The notes below the pieces were generated by a model. It had not been told where the DNA came from, made no database searches, and saw only the letters and a program-made list of their open reading frames with translations. Made by a program: the position numbers and the translations under genes. Positions 39,387-49,338 of a stretch of 64,000 nucleotides of DNA are shown one piece after another (position 1 is the first letter of the stretch; each line of letters starts with the position of its first letter). This DNA comes from a virus, in the IMG/VR virus record IMGVR_UViG_3300008120_010803, positions 16,162 through 80,161 of that record, one strand, 5' to 3'.

Positions 39387-39837
39387 TCATATAAGTGCCT
39401 TTTTTGACCATTTCAATTTGAATTCCACGAATGCTCAATTTTTTTCGCACTTCAGAAAAGTGTGTTGATAGGCTACTTGTAGAAATATTTTCTGCAAAAA
39501 AAAGTTTCTTGATTTCTTCAAGGCTAGTTTTTTGATTTTGCATGAATGTTTTTTCGATTGTATCTCTTATCTTTTTTGCTTTAGTATTTTGTCTTTTTTT
39601 TAATTGTAGATTTTTTTTCATAATTACATAACTTGAGTTATTATCCGTATAGTTTTGATTGCAAAGTAATTTTATGAAATCTTGAATTGTCTTGATGTTT
39701 TTTGTATCAGTTTTGACAATAGAAATATTGCATCCAAAATTTTCCGAAAAATCAATTAGTTGTTTGAGGTATTTTCTTGATATGAAAAATTTTCTATTTT
39801 CTTTCGTTGTGAGCATCAAACAAATTTTCTGTGACAT
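39370..39837 (-). CDS. hypothetical protein, C-terminal winged-helix-like
   Basis: SLEEIKKLF...STSSLSTHFSEVRKKL...KGTYMI. Confidence 0.55.
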   Translation of the reverse strand: MSQKICLMLTTKENRKFFISRKYLKQLIDFSENFGCNISIVKTDTKNIKTIQDFIKLLCNQNYTDNNSSYVIMKKNLQLKKRQNTKAKKIRDTIEKTFMQNQKTSLEEIKKLFFAENISTSSLSTHFSEVRKKLSIRGIQIEMVKKGTYMIKSSP

Positions 39838-39894
39838 TATATTGCCTTTCTTTATGGTTATAATATTATAAGTACAAATCTATAAGGTTTGCAA

Positions 39895-40818
39895 ATGTTT
39901 AGTTTTTGTTCTAGAAGGATGGGAGTTGAATTAGAATACAACTCATTTGATCGGCTCAGTCGTTCAAGCTCGGAAAATAATCTGCCTAATGGTATTTATG
40001 TTTTTGGAGACATAATCAAAAATACACTTGGAAAAAGTGTTGATATTAATAAATGGCATCAAACAAATAATAATGATCATTGGATTGTCAAACCAGACTC
40101 TAGTTGTGGTCTTGAAGTATGCAGCCCGCCGGATCAGCCTTACCATGCCTTGTTAGAAATTCGTAAAGTAATTGAGGGCTTGTTAAGCCACAAGTCTATT
40201 GCTGCCGACGATAGATGTAGCTTGCACTTACATGTAGAGGTTGAGGACTTTGATGAAAAAGATTTGTGCGCTTTAGTTGCGAGATGGATTCAATTTGAGC
40301 ATTTTTTCTTTTTCTTGACTAAGAAAAACAGGTGGTTGAACAGATACTGCAAACCGCTAGGATTTTACTATGAGTTTGATGGCTCATGTAGAGTCACAAT
40401 AAAAAAATGCATGGAGATATTAAGTGAAAATAAATATTTTGCTATAAATTTTTTCCATTATAAAAAGGAAAAGAGGAAGACAGTTGAATTTAGGATTATG
40501 GGAAATGATGCTTGCATGGATGTAGATGATGCCATAAATTGGTGTAAGTTAATTCTATGTTTTGTTGAAAGATGTAAAAAATTGAATTACGAATCAACAT
40601 TTATAGGTGATATTAGTTATGCAAATATTGATCAAGTAAACAAATTCCTCAACATTCATGATTTTTTTGATGAAGATGATGTTATTCTATGGGTAATATC
40701 TAGACTGAATGAAACATTGAATGAGCATTTACATGATGGGAATATTTGGAAGCAAATAATTCAATATTGTAAACCAAGTATCAGAAACCTCATAGAAGAG
40801 TTGCAAGGAAAAATATAA
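39895..40818 (+). CDS. putative amidoligase (COOH-NH2 ligase family)
   Basis: GVELE, WIVKPDSS, LEVCSP, CSLHLHV, KYFAIN, TVEFR. Confidence 0.85.
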   Translation: MFSFCSRRMGVELEYNSFDRLSRSSSENNLPNGIYVFGDIIKNTLGKSVDINKWHQTNNNDHWIVKPDSSCGLEVCSPPDQPYHALLEIRKVIEGLLSHKSIAADDRCSLHLHVEVEDFDEKDLCALVARWIQFEHFFFFLTKKNRWLNRYCKPLGFYYEFDGSCRVTIKKCMEILSENKYFAINFFHYKKEKRKTVEFRIMGNDACMDVDDAINWCKLILCFVERCKKLNYESTFIGDISYANIDQVNKFLNIHDFFDEDDVILWVISRLNETLNEHLHDGNIWKQIIQYCKPSIRNLIEELQGKI

Positions 40819-41264
40819 TGTTGAAATCAAAAAATTTTATAGAGATGGTCGATCTTTGCAAACTCTGGGCTAAGGTCATGCGACCTTTTTCATCTTTTAA
40901 AATGAGCTATGAAGTAGAAAAAAGGTTCAATGCTTACAGATTATGGAATGTTGATTTAGACGGATATAACATATGTGTGTTTTACACAGAGACAGAAATT
41001 GAGAAAAGTATAGTCAGAAGCATTCAGATTTTTAGTAAGAATCTTTTTACCTTGCCATTTCATATTGTGTTCAAGGTTGGAATATCTATTTTAGGGAATC
41101 AAGATTCAAATATCTTTTTTTCATTTGTAAGAGAAGGCACTACAGTTTTTTGTTGGACCAAGGTAGAGGATGAAAATGGTGAGCCGTTGCCACTAGTTGA
41201 GGAGGAAGTTGAGTATAAATATTATATGGGAAGAAAATTTGCTTATATAAGTGATCAGCATTAA
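40818..41264 (+). CDS. hypothetical protein
   Basis: 148-aa ORF coupled to the amidoligase gene. Confidence 0.65.
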   Translation: MLKSKNFIEMVDLCKLWAKVMRPFSSFKMSYEVEKRFNAYRLWNVDLDGYNICVFYTETEIEKSIVRSIQIFSKNLFTLPFHIVFKVGISILGNQDSNIFFSFVREGTTVFCWTKVEDENGEPLPLVEEEVEYKYYMGRKFAYISDQH

Positions 41265-41322
41265 TTTAGTTTTATGTCTGTATAGCATAAATATAGTAGT
41301 CTTTTTTATAAAGGACACTTCA

Positions 41323-41625
41323 ATGAAAAAAACAGACAAGATTCAGGCCTTGCTCATCAACCATCTTTTAAAACATGGGCACATTCAGTTAAGGCTACCA
41401 GATGGAGTTCTTCTAGAGATAGGGATCACGGAAGAAAGTGAAAACGGAAAAATTCTGAAGTCAGATGATTACTGTTGGGTTATTGCTAAAAAAGAGAACA
41501 GAGCAGCTGTTATCGATAGCTACAATCTTGGTATTCGATTTGAAGACGAAGACAAAGCGATAGTTCTAGATGAAACATTTGTTGATTCTGATGGTATATC
41601 CATAAGACAAGTGAATGTAGTCTAA
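41323..41625 (+). CDS. hypothetical protein
   Basis: Start MKKTDKIQ with AAGGA SD and upstream ATAAATA. Confidence 0.65.
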   Translation: MKKTDKIQALLINHLLKHGHIQLRLPDGVLLEIGITEESENGKILKSDDYCWVIAKKENRAAVIDSYNLGIRFEDEDKAIVLDETFVDSDGISIRQVNVV

Positions 41626-41951
41626 GGACTATAAAATAAATTACCAACTATTTGTTCTATACGGTAATTACCAGATAATTCTTGGCAGAATTGAATAGTG
41701 CCAATAGCTACTTTGTTTTCTATTGGCACTTCAAAGTCTACCCAGAAAACTAAACCATGTTTTTCTATTATGGTTTTGCTGATCATTATTTTATTTCCTT
41801 GAATTTTTTTGTCATATTCTAACATCGACCAATTATTTGCATATAATTTTACAGAGTTTATTGCAAGGCTCATAAGGGTTCTGTAATCAATAAACTTTGT
41901 CCAATTGGCTGTTAGCAAATCTGCTAATTTTTCTTTTTTTAAAATTGACAT
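41622..41951 (-). CDS. hypothetical protein
   Basis: 109-aa ORF filling the gap. Confidence 0.55.
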   Translation of the reverse strand: MSILKKEKLADLLTANWTKFIDYRTLMSLAINSVKLYANNWSMLEYDKKIQGNKIMISKTIIEKHGLVFWVDFEVPIENKVAIGTIQFCQELSGNYRIEQIVGNLFYSP

Positions 41952-41962
41952 GGAGAAATCTC

Positions 41963-42253
41963 ATGGCAAGTAAGAAACCAGAGTCTGTATTCAAAACTTT
42001 TGCACATACTCTGGGTGATGGTGATCTTAATTTCCTGTGTAGCAGACTACACTATAGGTATCAAGATGATTTTGCAGAAGCTTTGAATTATCTAGATACT
42101 TTGAAGCTTGATGAAAATGAACTTAACCCTGCATCCTACTGCTTATCAAATGCAAAAAACAATGAGGAATTTGATAAGTTGACAGATATGCTTACATACT
42201 TCTTGCTGAAAGAGTATGATAAAAGAGGATTCAGGTCCGAACAACTCGTATAA
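41963..42253 (+). CDS. hypothetical protein
   Basis: Start MASKKPE with GGAG SD. Confidence 0.65.
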   Translation: MASKKPESVFKTFAHTLGDGDLNFLCSRLHYRYQDDFAEALNYLDTLKLDENELNPASYCLSNAKNNEEFDKLTDMLTYFLLKEYDKRGFRSEQLV

Positions 42254-42302
42254 TTGAGTCGTTTCCCTTGAAAGGTGGTGATTTCCAACCCTGACTCAAT
42301 TT

Positions 42303-42330
42303 GCCGGATTCCTTCGGGAATCCGGCTTTT
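42303..42330 (+). terminator. intrinsic terminator with cUUCGg tetraloop
   Basis: GCCGGATTCC-TTCG-GGAATCCGGC-TTTT. Confidence 0.9.
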
Positions 42331-42333
42331 CTA

Positions 42334-42361
42334 TTGACATTTTGCTGATTTGTTCGATAAT
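42334..42361 (+). promoter_or_regulatory. sigma70-type promoter, probably leaderless transcript of the helicase gene
   Basis: TTGACA-16 nt-GATAAT, with ATG 6 nt later and no SD. Confidence 0.55.
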
Positions 42362-42367
42362 TAATTC

Positions 42368-44374
42368 ATGAGCCAAACAATTGAACTAATAGAAGTAAAC
42401 AATCTAGTTGCAACCTCAAATCATAAGTTTGCGAAATGGCCTTTTGAAAATTTCAATATAGTTCAATCTTCAATATTTGAAACTATTGAAAAAGACTGTA
42501 ATTGTTTGATTGCAGCGTCTACAAGTGCTGGTAAGACAGTAATATCAGAAATGTATGGGTCTTATGAAATAAGAAAAAATAGAAAAAAGTTTTTATTTTT
42601 GTGTCCTCTTAGAGCCTTGGCTAATGAAAAATATTATGACTGGACGCATGCTTCACATCATTTTTCAGACTTGAAAATCGGCATATTTACAGGTGATTAT
42701 AAGAAAGATAACAAATTAAACGATTTTGATAGCTTTGATGTCATAATAATGACTTCGGAAATGTTAAACCACAAGTTAAGGACTAGTAAGAAAAATCAAG
42801 ATTGGGTTAAAAACATAGGGGTATGCGTTGTAGATGAATCTCACCTGCTAACAGTAGAGGGTCGTGGAGATCATCTAGAAGCAGCGCTAATGAATTTTTC
42901 TACAATAAACCCACAATGTCGAATGGTATTCCTGTCAGCAACTTTGCCTAATGTGCATGAAATAGCTGAATGGATGTCAGTATCCTTGAATCAAAAACCA
43001 ACATACATTATCAAAAGCAAGTATAGGCCTTGCGTTTTGAATATTCACACAAAAACATACGACGATCAATCAGGTGTCAGATCATCAATTTACGAAATGA
43101 TTGATGAAGCCTGTGAATTAGTACTTAGGCATTTCAGCGACAAGTTTCTTATTTTTGTTCATGCCAAGAAAATTGGAGAGACATTCGTTGAAGAACTCAA
43201 AAGAAAAAATATCAAGGCTGAATTTCATAACGCAAATTTAGATAAAGATCAGAGAGAAAAGCTGGAAACAAAATTCAAATCAGACAAAGAATTTAGAGTT
43301 TTGGTAGCAACTAGTACATTAGCGTGGGGCGTTAATTTACCAGCAAGAAGAGTGATTATTGCAGGAGTTACTAGAGGAAATGAAGTAGTTCCGTCATATG
43401 ATGTTTTGCAAATGATTGGAAGAGCAGGCCGCCCAGCATTTGATCCCCAAGGGGACGCATATATTTTATTCCCTGCTAATAGAAGAACAGAGCTAGAAAA
43501 GGTTGTTTTGACACCACAAAATATAGAATCTCGTATGCTTGCGATAAGTGCTTTAACGACCTATGACACATTAGCATTTCATATAGTCTATGAAATTCAT
43601 GTGGAAAATGTTAAAAATATTGACGATATAAAAACATGGTTTTCCAAGACTTTAGCATCATTTCAGAATAAAAAACTAAGTGACAGCATTTTAGAGAAAA
43701 CAGTATCTCGTTTGGTTATGCTTGGAATAATAGGCATAGATGATGCAACACAAAGTTTTTTCATTAAAGGACTCGGTAAGGTCTCCGCTTTGTTTTATGC
43801 TAACCCATATGATGTTGCAAACTGGTCTTCAAACTTCAACAAACTATTTCAAAATCAACAAATTTATGATATTGATCTGTCTTTAGCTTTGGCAAATACA
43901 TCATCAAATCTAGTTGGAAATTTATCTAAAGAAGATAAAAACGAAATGGAAAAATTTCTTAGTGCGATAAGCAAGAGGTCAACAAAACAATATCCAGAGA
44001 ATGTTTTGAAAATTGCCTTTCTGTATTACAAAATTATGAACGGTAGATATGAGGCCAGACATATTTCAGTATACAAAAACTTACAAAACGATTTCCCAAG
44101 AGTATCTGAAATTCTTAAGGGGATAGATTCAATAGCAAAAGGATGGAATCAAAAACAGTTTTTTGATGTTCTGCAAAAACGCATGCAACATGGCGTTCCA
44201 GCTAAGTTAGTTGATCTGATAGAAGTTAAGGGAATTGGTAAAATCAAAGCAGAAAAACTATATGAAAAGGGTTTCAAGAATAAAAAAGATGTATTACAAA
44301 AATTAGAAGAAGCATCTAAAGTATGTGGATTGAAGCCAGATACACTAAAAAAGTATTTAGAAGGAAGTATTTAA
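42368..44374 (+). CDS. Ski2/Hel308-like SF2 helicase
   Basis: STSAGKT, PLRALA, VDESH, LSATL, FHNA, ATSTLAWGVNLPA, QMIGRAGRP, C-terminal HhH (VKGIG). Confidence 0.92.
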   Translation: MSQTIELIEVNNLVATSNHKFAKWPFENFNIVQSSIFETIEKDCNCLIAASTSAGKTVISEMYGSYEIRKNRKKFLFLCPLRALANEKYYDWTHASHHFSDLKIGIFTGDYKKDNKLNDFDSFDVIIMTSEMLNHKLRTSKKNQDWVKNIGVCVVDESHLLTVEGRGDHLEAALMNFSTINPQCRMVFLSATLPNVHEIAEWMSVSLNQKPTYIIKSKYRPCVLNIHTKTYDDQSGVRSSIYEMIDEACELVLRHFSDKFLIFVHAKKIGETFVEELKRKNIKAEFHNANLDKDQREKLETKFKSDKEFRVLVATSTLAWGVNLPARRVIIAGVTRGNEVVPSYDVLQMIGRAGRPAFDPQGDAYILFPANRRTELEKVVLTPQNIESRMLAISALTTYDTLAFHIVYEIHVENVKNIDDIKTWFSKTLASFQNKKLSDSILEKTVSRLVMLGIIGIDDATQSFFIKGLGKVSALFYANPYDVANWSSNFNKLFQNQQIYDIDLSLALANTSSNLVGNLSKEDKNEMEKFLSAISKRSTKQYPENVLKIAFLYYKIMNGRYEARHISVYKNLQNDFPRVSEILKGIDSIAKGWNQKQFFDVLQKRMQHGVPAKLVDLIEVKGIGKIKAEKLYEKGFKNKKDVLQKLEEASKVCGLKPDTLKKYLEGSI

Positions 44375-44376
44375 AA

Positions 44377-44658
44377 TTACTTTGTGACCATATCTTCAGG
44401 TCCAAAAAAATCATTTGGATATTCAATTTTCACTTTTCCATCACCATCAGTTGGATTTCCGTTTTCATCTTCTACCCACCACCTTACTTGTTTGATTTCG
44501 ATTCCAAGTTCGTCCATATGGCAACTATCTCCCGGATCAACTGGAAGGTGGTATTCATCACCTTCGATCAATACTGCAACTTTACATGTTGAATTTGCTC
44601 TATTGTAAAGCAAACAGTTATTGCATATTTTTTTTACTTTATTTGAAATCGAATCCAT
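44377..44658 (-). CDS. hypothetical Cys-containing protein
   Basis: CNNC...C...CH; coupled to the upstream ORF. Confidence 0.6.
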   Translation of the reverse strand: MDSISNKVKKICNNCLLYNRANSTCKVAVLIEGDEYHLPVDPGDSCHMDELGIEIKQVRWWVEDENGNPTDGDGKVKIEYPNDFFGPEDMVTK

Positions 44659-44929
44659 TATGTACAACCTCAAGAATTTTTGGCTCTTTGCCTATAAAGT
44701 TATTATAGGTTTCCAAAGCTTCAAATTCATGGAGGGTAAATGTATCCCCATATTTTAAAGGTCTAGGAACATAAGGTATCCATACAGTTTGAGCTTTAAG
44801 CTGTAATAAAATGTTTTCCATGTTGCCGTCTGGAGAAGATTGAGAAAGTATTTTAGGAAAATCTATGTTTGATACTTTGAATGTGATTGATGGGAGACCA
44901 AATGTTTGATTGCTTATTTTTATTGACAC
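44639..44929 (-). CDS. hypothetical protein
   Basis: 96-aa ORF, GTG start with GAGGA SD. Confidence 0.6.
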   Translation of the reverse strand: MSIKISNQTFGLPSITFKVSNIDFPKILSQSSPDGNMENILLQLKAQTVWIPYVPRPLKYGDTFTLHEFEALETYNNFIGKEPKILEVVHNGFDFK

Positions 44930-44986
44930 GACATTCCTCTCTATGTTAAAATTTCAATATAGTTATTTTAATTAAGAGAGAAAAAA

Positions 44987-45610
44987 ATGAAATTAATTGC
45001 TGTCTACGGTCAACTGGCAAACGGAAAAGATGCTTTATGTGATGATTTGGCATTAGCCTTGAATGAAAAATCCGAAAATAAATGGGAGCGTGGAGCATTT
45101 GCTAACGCCGTAAAAGATACTTTTTGCCGTTCCTTTGATGTAGATCGTGAATTTATTGAAAAATGGAAAAGAATCGATGAGCCACCTCCGGGGTTTTTAT
45201 TACCAATTCGGAAAGGTCTTCAAAATATAGGAGATGGCTTCAGGCAAATTGTCCCAGACATTTGGATAAAAATTGCTCTTAGAGAAGCGAGAAATAAGAA
45301 TACTATTATTTCTGACGGAAGATATATTAATGAGGCAAAAAGTGTAAGAGAAAATAAAGGAATAAATGTTTTAATTTACAGAGATGGATTTTTGAATAAC
45401 GATCCTAACCCTTCAGAGGCACAGTTAAAACCATTGATCATTTATGCAAAGGATCATTTAATTGACGGTGTTATCAACAAGAATAATCTCATGGATGCCC
45501 CTGCTGGACTTGAGTATTTCGATGTTTTTATACGAAATGAATCAGATAAACTGACATTTCTCAAGAAGTCTAGAAGTATTTTGGTTCCTATTGCAAACAA
45601 TCTTGCTTAG
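44987..45610 (+). CDS. deoxynucleoside monophosphate kinase
   Basis: GQLANGKD, AFANAVK, RKGLQNIGDGFR, ISDGRYINE. Confidence 0.85.
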   Translation: MKLIAVYGQLANGKDALCDDLALALNEKSENKWERGAFANAVKDTFCRSFDVDREFIEKWKRIDEPPPGFLLPIRKGLQNIGDGFRQIVPDIWIKIALREARNKNTIISDGRYINEAKSVRENKGINVLIYRDGFLNNDPNPSEAQLKPLIIYAKDHLIDGVINKNNLMDAPAGLEYFDVFIRNESDKLTFLKKSRSILVPIANNLA

Positions 45611-46233
45611 ACCGGATTTCTTCCTTTTTTGAACAGTCTCAGTCCTCGTTCGGTGAGGACGATAAATTCCCAGTTTCTGCGTTTGCAGTATTCGTTTGCT
45701 GCTTTCCATTTAGCTTGGTTTTTTGGCAGCTTTCTTTGATGGAATGGTTTAATTTCCCACAATTGTTTTTTCCCATCGCTGTATTCAACTAGTATGTCTG
45801 GGATATATCGATGGGATGATCCTTCAAATATGTAGTCGATTTCAATTGGCTCTACATTATATTTTGATACATCGGTTTTATCTTCTAGTATTTTATAAAA
45901 TTCTAGTTCCATGCCTGATCTGAAAAATAAATCCTTGTTGTTTTTTTTACTAAAATAATTGCCTTGTTTGTAAGCTGGTTTTTTCTTTTTTTGCTTTTTA
46001 ATATCACGAAGTATAATTGGCTTAGTTGGATAGTCTTTTGGTATTTGAAGTTCTGGGTGTTTCAAAGCCAGATGAGTTTTAAGCTCTCTTAGTGGAAATT
46101 TGCAATGTGGGCAGAATATAAAATCTGTGCCTTCTTCATGGTTTGTGATTATATGATCTCTGAATGAATCGATATCCTCAAATCCTTCGAAGCAGACAAA
46201 GCAAACATAGTCTCTTGTGTTTTTGATGCTCAT
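45607..46233 (-). CDS. C2H2 zinc fingers + TnsA-N/gp4-like head-completion endonuclease
   Basis: CFVC..H...H, CPHC..H...H, FRSGME, YIPD, WEIKP, NQAKWKAA, FIVLTE. Confidence 0.8.
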   Translation of the reverse strand: MSIKNTRDYVCFVCFEGFEDIDSFRDHIITNHEEGTDFIFCPHCKFPLRELKTHLALKHPELQIPKDYPTKPIILRDIKKQKKKKPAYKQGNYFSKKNNKDLFFRSGMELEFYKILEDKTDVSKYNVEPIEIDYIFEGSSHRYIPDILVEYSDGKKQLWEIKPFHQRKLPKNQAKWKAANEYCKRRNWEFIVLTERGLRLFKKGRNPV

Positions 46234-46670
46234 AATCTGTCAGTAAGTGATGATCCGCTGTCCTCATAAGGAATATAAGTTTTAGCATCTTTTATCTTGG
46301 CAAGCTCTTTTGCCACATCTTTTTTATCCTCTATTATTGTGATGCTTGGAATATCACCTTTTGTAAAAGGTCTTTGTTGCATATTAGAAGGGTCTTTGAC
46401 AGCAGCTTCTAAATCAACTCCACCAAAGTATTCGTATTTATCAACAGGGTCTTCTTTGCGTGGGTTTTTCATGATTGAATACGCAATTCTGTCATCTTCG
46501 TTAGAGCCATATAAATGCTGCTTGCCTGTATTTTTATCTTTGAATTTGAAGAACATGGATAGGCCTTTGCCTGCCAAAAATCCAAGAATATCGTTTTCAG
46601 TTGCTTCTTTTTGTGATATTGCATCGAAAAAAGCTTTGAATCCTATAGTGTTGCTATTTACTGTATTCAT
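46230..46670 (-). CDS. hypothetical protein
   Basis: Likely start MNTVNSNTIGFKAFF, 5 nt after an ATATATA box. Confidence 0.6.
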   Translation of the reverse strand: MNTVNSNTIGFKAFFDAISQKEATENDILGFLAGKGLSMFFKFKDKNTGKQHLYGSNEDDRIAYSIMKNPRKEDPVDKYEYFGGVDLEAAVKDPSNMQQRPFTKGDIPSITIIEDKKDVAKELAKIKDAKTYIPYEDSGSSLTDRL

Positions 46671-46686
46671 AAGCATATATATTAAC

Positions 46687-47121
46687 ATGACAGTCTTAAA
46701 TTTTAAGTCTTTTCTGGAAGCTGATGAAAACGACCCCAACAAAGACAAAGGGCCTCCTTTTCAAGCATTGACAACAGTTGTTGGTATCGATCAAAAAGAT
46801 ATACCTGATGCTGTTAATACTGGCAGTTATTTGCTAGGGAAAGTGATTGGTAAAAATCAGTATTCCGCTGCTGTCGCTAAAATGAACCCTAAGCTTAAAG
46901 GAAAGCGTGTAGTTGGGGCTTCTTTTGAGGTTGATCCAAACATACTGCAAAATAAAAATACAGCAGCGTATTATAAAAATTCACAAAACCCAAATGCTTT
47001 AAAAAAGAAGACTGGATGGATTGACACCGATACAGCAGCAGACTTAATGACTCTAGGATTTCCATCCACGGGTGCAGGTGGAGCAGGTGCAATGCCGGGA
47101 ATTGGAGGGGCACCAGCATGA
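46687..47121 (+). CDS. hypothetical protein with capsid-targeting-like leader
   Basis: Real start likely MTVLNFKSFLEADE; the upstream part of the tracked ORF is antisense to 46230..46670. Confidence 0.65.
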   Translation: MTVLNFKSFLEADENDPNKDKGPPFQALTTVVGIDQKDIPDAVNTGSYLLGKVIGKNQYSAAVAKMNPKLKGKRVVGASFEVDPNILQNKNTAAYYKNSQNPNALKKKTGWIDTDTAADLMTLGFPSTGAGGAGAMPGIGGAPA

Positions 47122-47303
47122 AATTTTCGGAATGGCTTAAATTGAAAGAAGTTGGTACGAGTACAGCTAATGTCGCTCATGTTCCTATGAAACTTTTTGG
47201 TGGCGGTCAAATTTTTAGAAGAATATTTGCAAATATCAAAAAATTTGGATTGGCTGGACCAATACATACCATGCGGTTTAGTGAAAAAAAACAAAGAGGG
47301 TAA
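47118..47303 (+). CDS. small basic protein with capsid-targeting-like leader
   Basis: MKFSEWLKLKE; GGAGG SD; ATGA coupling. Confidence 0.65.
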   Translation: MKFSEWLKLKEVGTSTANVAHVPMKLFGGGQIFRRIFANIKKFGLAGPIHTMRFSEKKQRG

Positions 47304-47473
47304 CTATGTTATCTTCGGCCCCTTTTAATAGTTTTTTGTAATTATTATTATTGACTTTAACTGTTCGGTTTGATAATTTTTAATATAGGAAAATCAAGGG
47401 GTCAACACATATGTGTTAAAGGTTTGCGGGATTTCCTTAAAATCCCGTTTTTTTATTTCATAGGGAAAAACAA

Positions 47474-48358
47474 ATGGATGCGCTCGATCTTCTGAAAACT
47501 AGAAGAATTGATTGTTTAGATAAGGGTTTTGTTGAGATTGTTGATGTTATGCCGAGGATTATTCCAGACGGGCAAACATGTGATTATGCAATAGCGCAGA
47601 TGGCAAGAGTTTCTTATGGTGATGGTACAAAGAGTATTAACGAGGACAGGGGATTAATACGATTCTTATTGAGACATGCTCATACAAGCCCGTTTGAAGG
47701 CATAGAATTTAAACTACACATGAAGATGCCTATATTCATTGCTAGACAAGCAATTAGGCATAGAACAGTATCTTTGAATGAAATAAGTGGTCGTTACTCT
47801 GTCATGAAGGATGAATTCTATTTTCCCAAGGCAGAGGAACTTAGAATGCAATCCAAAACAAATAAACAGGGATCGGATGGTTTTGTTGATATTACTGAAG
47901 CTCAAAAGTATGTTCAGGCTATAGCTGATCAATGTTCAGAATCATATAAGTGGTATATGGACATGCTTGATTGTGGTATTTCAAGGGAACAGGCAAGAAT
48001 GATTCTTCCCTTGAATCTTTATACAGAATGGTATTGGAAACAGGACTTGCATAACTTATTGCATTTTCTTGCTTTAAGGGCTGACAGTCATGCTCAATAT
48101 GAAATTCAGGTTTATGCCAATGCAATACTTGATTTGATTCGTCCTCTTGTACCTCACACTATTGAAGCATGGGAAGACTACCACATAATGCGTGGAGCCA
48201 TGAAATTAACTAAGTTGGAGGTTGATGCTCTGAAGAACTACAATCGATCTAATAATGAAAAAGGAATCGTTTCTTTGGTTGGTTCAATAAGTACTGAAAA
48301 CAAAAGAGAGCAAAATGAATGGCAAGATAAAGCAAAGCAGCTTGGCTACGAAGTCTAA
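47474..48358 (+). CDS. thyX: flavin-dependent thymidylate synthase
   Basis: ARVSY, HTSPFE, RHRTVSLNEISGRY, REQARMILP, NLLHFLALR, HAQYEI. Confidence 0.97.
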   Translation: MDALDLLKTRRIDCLDKGFVEIVDVMPRIIPDGQTCDYAIAQMARVSYGDGTKSINEDRGLIRFLLRHAHTSPFEGIEFKLHMKMPIFIARQAIRHRTVSLNEISGRYSVMKDEFYFPKAEELRMQSKTNKQGSDGFVDITEAQKYVQAIADQCSESYKWYMDMLDCGISREQARMILPLNLYTEWYWKQDLHNLLHFLALRADSHAQYEIQVYANAILDLIRPLVPHTIEAWEDYHIMRGAMKLTKLEVDALKNYNRSNNEKGIVSLVGSISTENKREQNEWQDKAKQLGYEV

Positions 48359-48367
48359 TTGTTAAAT

Positions 48368-48404
48368 AAAAAAGCCCCCATAGAAATTCTATGGGGGCTT
48401 TTTT
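48368..48404. terminator. bidirectional intrinsic terminator
   Basis: AAAAAAGCCCCCATAGAA-a-TTCTATGGGGGCTTTTTT between convergent genes. Confidence 0.9.
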
Positions 48405-48417
48405 ATTTGTACTTGTA

Positions 48418-49338
48418 TCACCAACGAATTTTACGAAGCGGAAACCCTTCGACAGCAGAGAAAGCGAAGCTATCTTTTTCTGCCAGCATATTATCTACAA
48501 CGCTAGCAGCTGCATAAAATCCTTCTGGACCGGGATCACCGGGGCCAGTAGGTCCGGTGTGGGCATTAGCCCCCCAGCTATTATCTATTCTAAAGTAAAT
48601 TTTACCATCTATCGTTGTCCATCCGCACAGACACATACAATGTGCCCATGATCCGCTAGCACGGCATATACCGTTACTATCACGGCGCATAGTGAATCCT
48701 TGGCCACTACAAATTGCAATGCCCCACCCCTGATATAGAGCTTTCATCGCTTGATCTGTGTTTGTGACAAGAACCGTCTCCTTTACAGGATGTTTTTTTA
48801 CTTCAGGTTCGATATCATTAGGCACACCATACTTACCATATTCTCTGCATCGTGTTTCACTATACTTGGTGAAATCATATTTTCCATGAACTTTACGATC
48901 TATAATGCCATATTTTTTCACAAAAGAAGCTGCCCAAGCACCTATGCTTCCATCGCCATATCCTAATCTTCCTCCACCTATTTCAACTCTTGATCCTCCA
49001 TATATAACTTCTTCAACAAGTTTAGCAAATTCTTCATTTTGGCCATTAACTATTTCGGCACATATGCTATATTCTATAGCTCTTGCTGTTCCAAAAGCTA
49101 CACAACTGCCAACTTGCCCTTGGTTTGCTGGAGGCAGTAACTTTCCAGTTATTTGTCTAGCAAAGTCCCAAAGATAGCAACGATCAGGAAGCTCATCTGC
49201 AAATAATTTATATGCTGGAGTTTCATCAAATGATTTGTATGGAAGTGTTTGGACTACTTCGGAAACTGCAACTGGATCATTTACCCAGCCAAATGCAACA
49301 CCTTCTGGTGGGAGGTCGTTATCTATATCATCAGCCAT
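48418..49338 (-). CDS. papain-like (C1) cysteine peptidase
   Basis: NQGQVGSCVAF (catalytic Cys), WAHCM (His), NSWG (Asn). Confidence 0.9.
   Translation of the reverse strand: MADDIDNDLPPEGVAFGWVNDPVAVSEVVQTLPYKSFDETPAYKLFADELPDRCYLWDFARQITGKLLPPANQGQVGSCVAFGTARAIEYSICAEIVNGQNEEFAKLVEEVIYGGSRVEIGGGRLGYGDGSIGAWAASFVKKYGIIDRKVHGKYDFTKYSETRCREYGKYGVPNDIEPEVKKHPVKETVLVTNTDQAMKALYQGWGIAICSGQGFTMRRDSNGICRASGSWAHCMCLCGWTTIDGKIYFRIDNSWGANAHTGPTGPGDPGPEGFYAAASVVDNMLAEKDSFAFSAVEGFPLRKIRW

Noticed and set aside
46297-46686. Long N-terminal extension of the tracked 274-aa ORF
   Set aside because: Antisense to 46230..46670; the real start is likely ATG 46687.
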